32,000 nucleotides of DNA from Aquifex aeolicus VF5 (GTDB taxonomy: Bacteria; Aquificota; Aquificia; Aquificales; Aquificaceae): NCBI RefSeq assembly GCF_000008625.1, contig NC_000918.1, positions 1,260,001-1,292,000 of the forward strand, given 5' to 3'. The translations under genes and the position numbers were made by a program. Positions 28,398 through 32,000 of the stretch are shown here, piece by piece (positions within the stretch are counted from its first letter, which is position 1; each line of letters begins with the position of its first letter). The notes under the pieces were generated by a model. The model saw only the letters and a program-made list of their open reading frames with translations. It was not told the DNA's origin and did not search any database.

Positions 28398-28880
28398 TTA
28401 CCACCTGAAGTGAGAGAAAACCATGTTCGCATGTGCCATCCTGTGCGTCTCTTCCTTCTTCTTGTACGCTCCTCCCCTCTCGTTGAGCGCATCTAACAGT
28501 TCTGCCTTCAACCTCTCTATCATAGTGTACTGTTCCCTTCCCCTCGGTCTTTCCCTCGCAGCTTGAACTAGCCACTTTATCGCCAAACTTATCTGCCTCC
28601 TCTCTGGCACTTCTATCGGCACCTGATACGTAGCTCCTCCCACTCTTGTGGGTCTCACTTCCCACTCGGGCTTTAACTTCTCTATTACCTTATGAAGCAG
28701 TTCAACAGGGTGCATGTTTACCTCTTTCGCAGCCTCTTCCAGTGCAGTGTAGACTATCCACTCAGCCACGCTTTTCTTTCCGTCCTTCATCACTTTGTTT
28801 ATTAACTTCTGAACGAGCACGTCCCCGTACTTGGGGTCGGGCGGTATTTCTCTCGGAGGTACTGGTCCTTTCCTTGGCAT
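28398..28880 (-). CDS. rpsG: 30S ribosomal protein S7
   Basis: 160 aa; [40 protein letters not shown]... typical S7. Confidence 0.98.
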   Translation of the reverse strand: MPRKGPVPPREIPPDPKYGDVLVQKLINKVMKDGKKSVAEWIVYTALEEAAKEVNMHPVELLHKVIEKLKPEWEVRPTRVGGATYQVPIEVPERRQISLAIKWLVQAARERPRGREQYTMIERLKAELLDALNERGGAYKKKEETHRMAHANMVFSHFRW

Positions 28881-28883
28881 CTA

Positions 28884-29270
28884 TCAACCTCCTTTTTCTT
28901 CCTTCGGTCTCTTGGTTCCGTACTTGGAACGGGATTGTCTCCTTCCTTCAACACCGGCTGCATCAAGCGCTCCTCTGATAATCTTGTATCTCACACCGGG
29001 AAGGTCCTTCACTCTTCCTCCTCTTACGAGAACTATGGAGTGTTCCTGAAGGTTGTGACCTTCACCGGGGATGTAGGCAGTGACTTCAATACCGTTGGAG
29101 AGCCTGACTCTTGCGACTTTTCTGAGGGCAGAGTTTGGCTTTTTTGGAGTGACTGTGTAGACTCTCACGCACACTCCTCTCTTTTGAGGGCAGCCTTGAA
29201 GTGCCGGAGCTTTAGACTTTTTCTTCCTCTTTTCCCTTCCGTACTTAACTAACTGGTTGAACGTCGGCAT
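28884..29270 (-). CDS. rpsL: 30S ribosomal protein S12
   Basis: 128 aa; [55 protein letters not shown]; Shine-Dalgarno GAAGGAGG. Confidence 0.99.
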   Translation of the reverse strand: MPTFNQLVKYGREKRKKKSKAPALQGCPQKRGVCVRVYTVTPKKPNSALRKVARVRLSNGIEVTAYIPGEGHNLQEHSIVLVRGGRVKDLPGVRYKIIRGALDAAGVEGRRQSRSKYGTKRPKEEKGG

Positions 29271-29322
29271 TCGCTTCCTCCTTCGGTAAGTAAAATTATA
29301 AGGTTAAAATAAAAACTCTAAA

Positions 29323-31560
29323 ATGGAAAGGGTTTGGGAAGCCTACGGATTGACCGAAGAAGAATACAGAAAAATACTAAAAACCTTAAAAAGGGAGCCC
29401 AACCACGTTGAACTCGGCGTTTTAGGAGCTCTGTGGTCGGAACACTGCTCTTACAAGTCCAGCAAAAAGCACCTGAAAAAGTTTCCCACAAAAGCGGAAT
29501 GGGTTGTTCAGGGACCGGGTGAAAACGCCGGGGTTGTAAAAATTGACGAAAAGGTTTGGGTAGCCTTTAAAGTCGAGAGCCACAACCACCCCTCTTACAT
29601 AGAGCCCTTTCACGGTGCGGCTACAGGAGTTGGCGGTATTATCAGAGACGTACTGTCCATGGGAGCGAGACCCATAGCCCTCGCGGACAGCCTGAGGTTC
29701 GGCGAGTTTAATTACCATGAAACGAAGAGGCTCGTTAAAGGAGTAGTAAGCGGTATCAGTTTCTACGGAAACTGCATAGGAGTTCCCACGGTTGCCGGAG
29801 AAACGGTTTTCGAACCTTCTTATAAAACGAACCCGTTGGTAAACGCCTTTTGTCTTGGAGTTATACCCGCAGGGAGGATGTACAGGGCAAGGGCTACTAG
29901 GGAAGGACAGCTCCTCTTTTTAATAGGTTCTTCCACGGGAAGGGACGGGATTTTTGGAGCCGTAATGGCCTCGGGAGAGTTTTCCGAAGACGTGGAAGAA
30001 AAGAGACCTAACGTACAGATAGGGGATCCGTACTTTGGGAAGAAGCTCGTGGAAGCAATAATGGAGATAGTGGAGAAGGATTTAATCGTCGGAATGCAGG
30101 ATCTGGGAGCTGCAGGGCTTGCAGGCTCTGCTTCCGAAATAGCTGCAAAGTCCGAAAAGGGTGTGGAACTTTACCTAGAAAACGTCCCCTTAAGGGAAAA
30201 GGATATGAACCCCTACGAGATACTCCTTTCAGAGAGTCAGGAGAGGATGCTTCTCGTTGTGGAAGAAGAAAACGTTGAAAAGGTCAAAGAGATAGCCAAT
30301 AAGTGGCACCTTGAGGGTGCGGTAGTAGGAAAGATAACCGATGACGATACATTCAGGGCTTACTACAAAGGAGAACTGGTTGCAGAACTACCCGTTTCAC
30401 TTATAGTAGACGAAGCTCCCGTTTACGATAGACCCTACAAAGAACCCGAATACATGAAGGAAGTGAGGAATTTCAATCAAGAGGAGCTTCCTCAAACAGA
30501 TGTAAAAGAAGCCCTCAAAAAACTCCTATCTTCGCCAAACATTTCGTGCAAGGAGTGGGTTTACACTCAGTACGACTATCAAGTAGGAACGAACACCCTC
30601 CTTATCCCCGGGCACGACGCAGCGGTTTTAAGACTCAAGTGGGTTCTAAGACCGGAGCTCACAACAGAAAAAGGAATAGCCATATCTTCCGAAGGAAACG
30701 GCAGGATGGTTTACCTCAATCCCTACGAAGGGGGGAAGTTCGTAGTCGCGGAAGTTTGCAGAAACCTCGCGTGTGTAGGAGCAAAACCCTTAGCCATAAC
30801 GGACTGTCTTAACTTCGGAAATCCAGAAAGACCGGAGATAATGTGGCAGTTCGTAAAGGCTGTAGAGGGAATGGCAGAAGCGTGTGAGGAACTCGGTATT
30901 CCGGTAGTGAGCGGGAACGTATCCCTTTACAATGAAACCGTTGAGAAAAACGAAATCAGGAACGTATTTCCTACTCCCATAGTCGTAGGTGTGGGTGTCT
31001 TAGAAAAGGCGGAGAAGTATACGCCTTCAAAAGTAGAAAAGGAAAGTGAGCTGTACCTCGTTGGAAACCTTGAGGAGAACTTAAGACTTGACGGAAGTGA
31101 GTACCTCAAAGTAATCCACGGACTTATAAAGGGAGATGTGCCTCCTGTAGACCTTGAAAAGGAAAAGATACTTATAAACCTTCTCATCTCTTTTAACAAC
31201 AAGGAATTGATAACCTGTGCCCACGACGTTTCCGTAGGAGGACTGTTAATCGCACTCCTTGAAATGGTCTTTAGAACACCCTACGGTCTTGAAGTGGAAG
31301 TTTACACCGATGAAAGACCGGATGTGTTCTTCTTCTCGGAAAACCCCACAAGGGTGATTATAGGCGTGGAAAGTGATAAGGCGGAAGAGGTAAAGAACGC
31401 CGTTGAAAAGGCTGGACTTGAGTGGATGTACATAGGAAAAACGACGGAAGAGAAAAAGATAAAAGTAACCTTCAACGGAGATACTCTCTTAGAGGACGAG
31501 CTTGAGGAGTACGAAAAGTTATGGAGAACTTCCTTAGAAAAACTGCTTGGCTCTACTTAA
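29323..31560 (+). CDS. purL: Phosphoribosylformylglycinamidine synthase subunit PurL
   Basis: 745 aa; ALWSEHCSYKSSKKHLK, VAFKVESHNHPSYIEPFHGAATGVGGIIRDVLSMGARPIA, GIAISSEGNGRMVYLNPYEGG. Confidence 0.98.
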   Translation: MERVWEAYGLTEEEYRKILKTLKREPNHVELGVLGALWSEHCSYKSSKKHLKKFPTKAEWVVQGPGENAGVVKIDEKVWVAFKVESHNHPSYIEPFHGAATGVGGIIRDVLSMGARPIALADSLRFGEFNYHETKRLVKGVVSGISFYGNCIGVPTVAGETVFEPSYKTNPLVNAFCLGVIPAGRMYRARATREGQLLFLIGSSTGRDGIFGAVMASGEFSEDVEEKRPNVQIGDPYFGKKLVEAIMEIVEKDLIVGMQDLGAAGLAGSASEIAAKSEKGVELYLENVPLREKDMNPYEILLSESQERMLLVVEEENVEKVKEIANKWHLEGAVVGKITDDDTFRAYYKGELVAELPVSLIVDEAPVYDRPYKEPEYMKEVRNFNQEELPQTDVKEALKKLLSSPNISCKEWVYTQYDYQVGTNTLLIPGHDAAVLRLKWVLRPELTTEKGIAISSEGNGRMVYLNPYEGGKFVVAEVCRNLACVGAKPLAITDCLNFGNPERPEIMWQFVKAVEGMAEACEELGIPVVSGNVSLYNETVEKNEIRNVFPTPIVVGVGVLEKAEKYTPSKVEKESELYLVGNLEENLRLDGSEYLKVIHGLIKGDVPPVDLEKEKILINLLISFNNKELITCAHDVSVGGLLIALLEMVFRTPYGLEVEVYTDERPDVFFFSENPTRVIIGVESDKAEEVKNAVEKAGLEWMYIGKTTEEKKIKVTFNGDTLLEDELEEYEKLWRTSLEKLLGST

Positions 31561-32000
31561 GTATAGCAGTAAGCGTCTTTTTACTCGACATAATTACCAA
31601 AAATCTAGCGGAGAAGTTATTTACAACTCACGTTGAAGTGTTTCCCTTTCTGGAGTTTTACCTGATATACAACAAAGGCGTAGCCTTCGGTCTCCTTTCC
31701 GAACTTCCTGATCCTTTGAGGCTTCCTTTGCTCTTGATAACTCCCGTTATAGCCCTGATAATTACGTTCCTTTACGCGCTATACAGCGGAGACAGGATTG
31801 TTGCAATCTCCATGGGATTAATAGGAGGAGGTGCACTCGGAAACCTCTACGACAGGTTATTTCTCGGAATGGTGAGAGACTTTATACACCTACATATAGG
31901 GGAGTATTACTGGCCAGCCTTTAACATCGCAGACGCTTCCATAAGTATAGGTATTGCTCTCTTAATACTCAAGTACTTCTTCACTAAGCCTGCCCTCAAA
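31521..32000 (+). CDS. lspA: Lipoprotein signal peptidase (runs off the window)
   Basis: Manual translation from ATG at 31521: MENFLRKTAWLYLSIAVSVFLLDIITKNLAEKLF...FLIYN KGVAFGLL-type region (EFYLIYNKGVAFGLL), GGALGNLYDRLFLGMVRDFI and PAFNIADASIS. Overlaps purL by 40 nt. Confidence 0.95.
   Translation, partial: MENFLRKTAWLYLSIAVSVFLLDIITKNLAEKLFTTHVEVFPFLEFYLIYNKGVAFGLLSELPDPLRLPLLLITPVIALIITFLYALYSGDRIVAISMGLIGGGALGNLYDRLFLGMVRDFIHLHIGEYYWPAFNIADASISIGIALLILKYFFTKPALK

Noticed and set aside
28264-28978. ORFs of 133 and 110 aa overlapping rpsG/rpsL and the CopD-like gene
   Set aside because: Low-complexity, Arg/Ser/Leu-rich shadow translations of conserved ribosomal protein genes.

Overview
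Dense, essentially fully coding 32 kb from a thermophilic chemolithotroph. Protein content strongly suggests Aquifex aeolicus or a close relative (inference, no search run). Order: aconitase (partial), trpC, murJ, class V FBP aldolase/phosphatase, a NifA/NtrC-like sigma54 activator, small membrane proteins, a YmdB-like phosphodiesterase and a TPR/SLT lytic transglycosylase. Then comes a minus-strand sox operon (SoxW-like thioredoxin, soxY, soxZ, soxA, soxX, soxB) with an accessory tail of two tandem DUF302-like proteins, a rhodanese, an MBL-fold hydrolase and a DUF2203 protein. After that: hom, a ZIP transporter, engB, rsmA/ksgA, purU and long-form nfeD. Next is a Roadblock / MglA-type GTPase / DUF4388-like / c-type-heme-HAMP module, then alr, an MgtC-DUF4010 protein, a CopD-like protein, rpsG, rpsL, purL and lspA (partial). 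Main points of interest: (1) the putative haem-sensor plus MglA/Roadblock operon, where the sensor ends right after HAMP; (2) two tandem sox-linked DUF302-like proteins sharing an identical C-x20-C signature; (3) three genes (slt, mglA, mgtC-DUF4010) each split by one apparent missing base, all in the same -1 sense; (4) all four convergent gene junctions overlap. No tRNA, rRNA, CRISPR array or mobile element was recognised.
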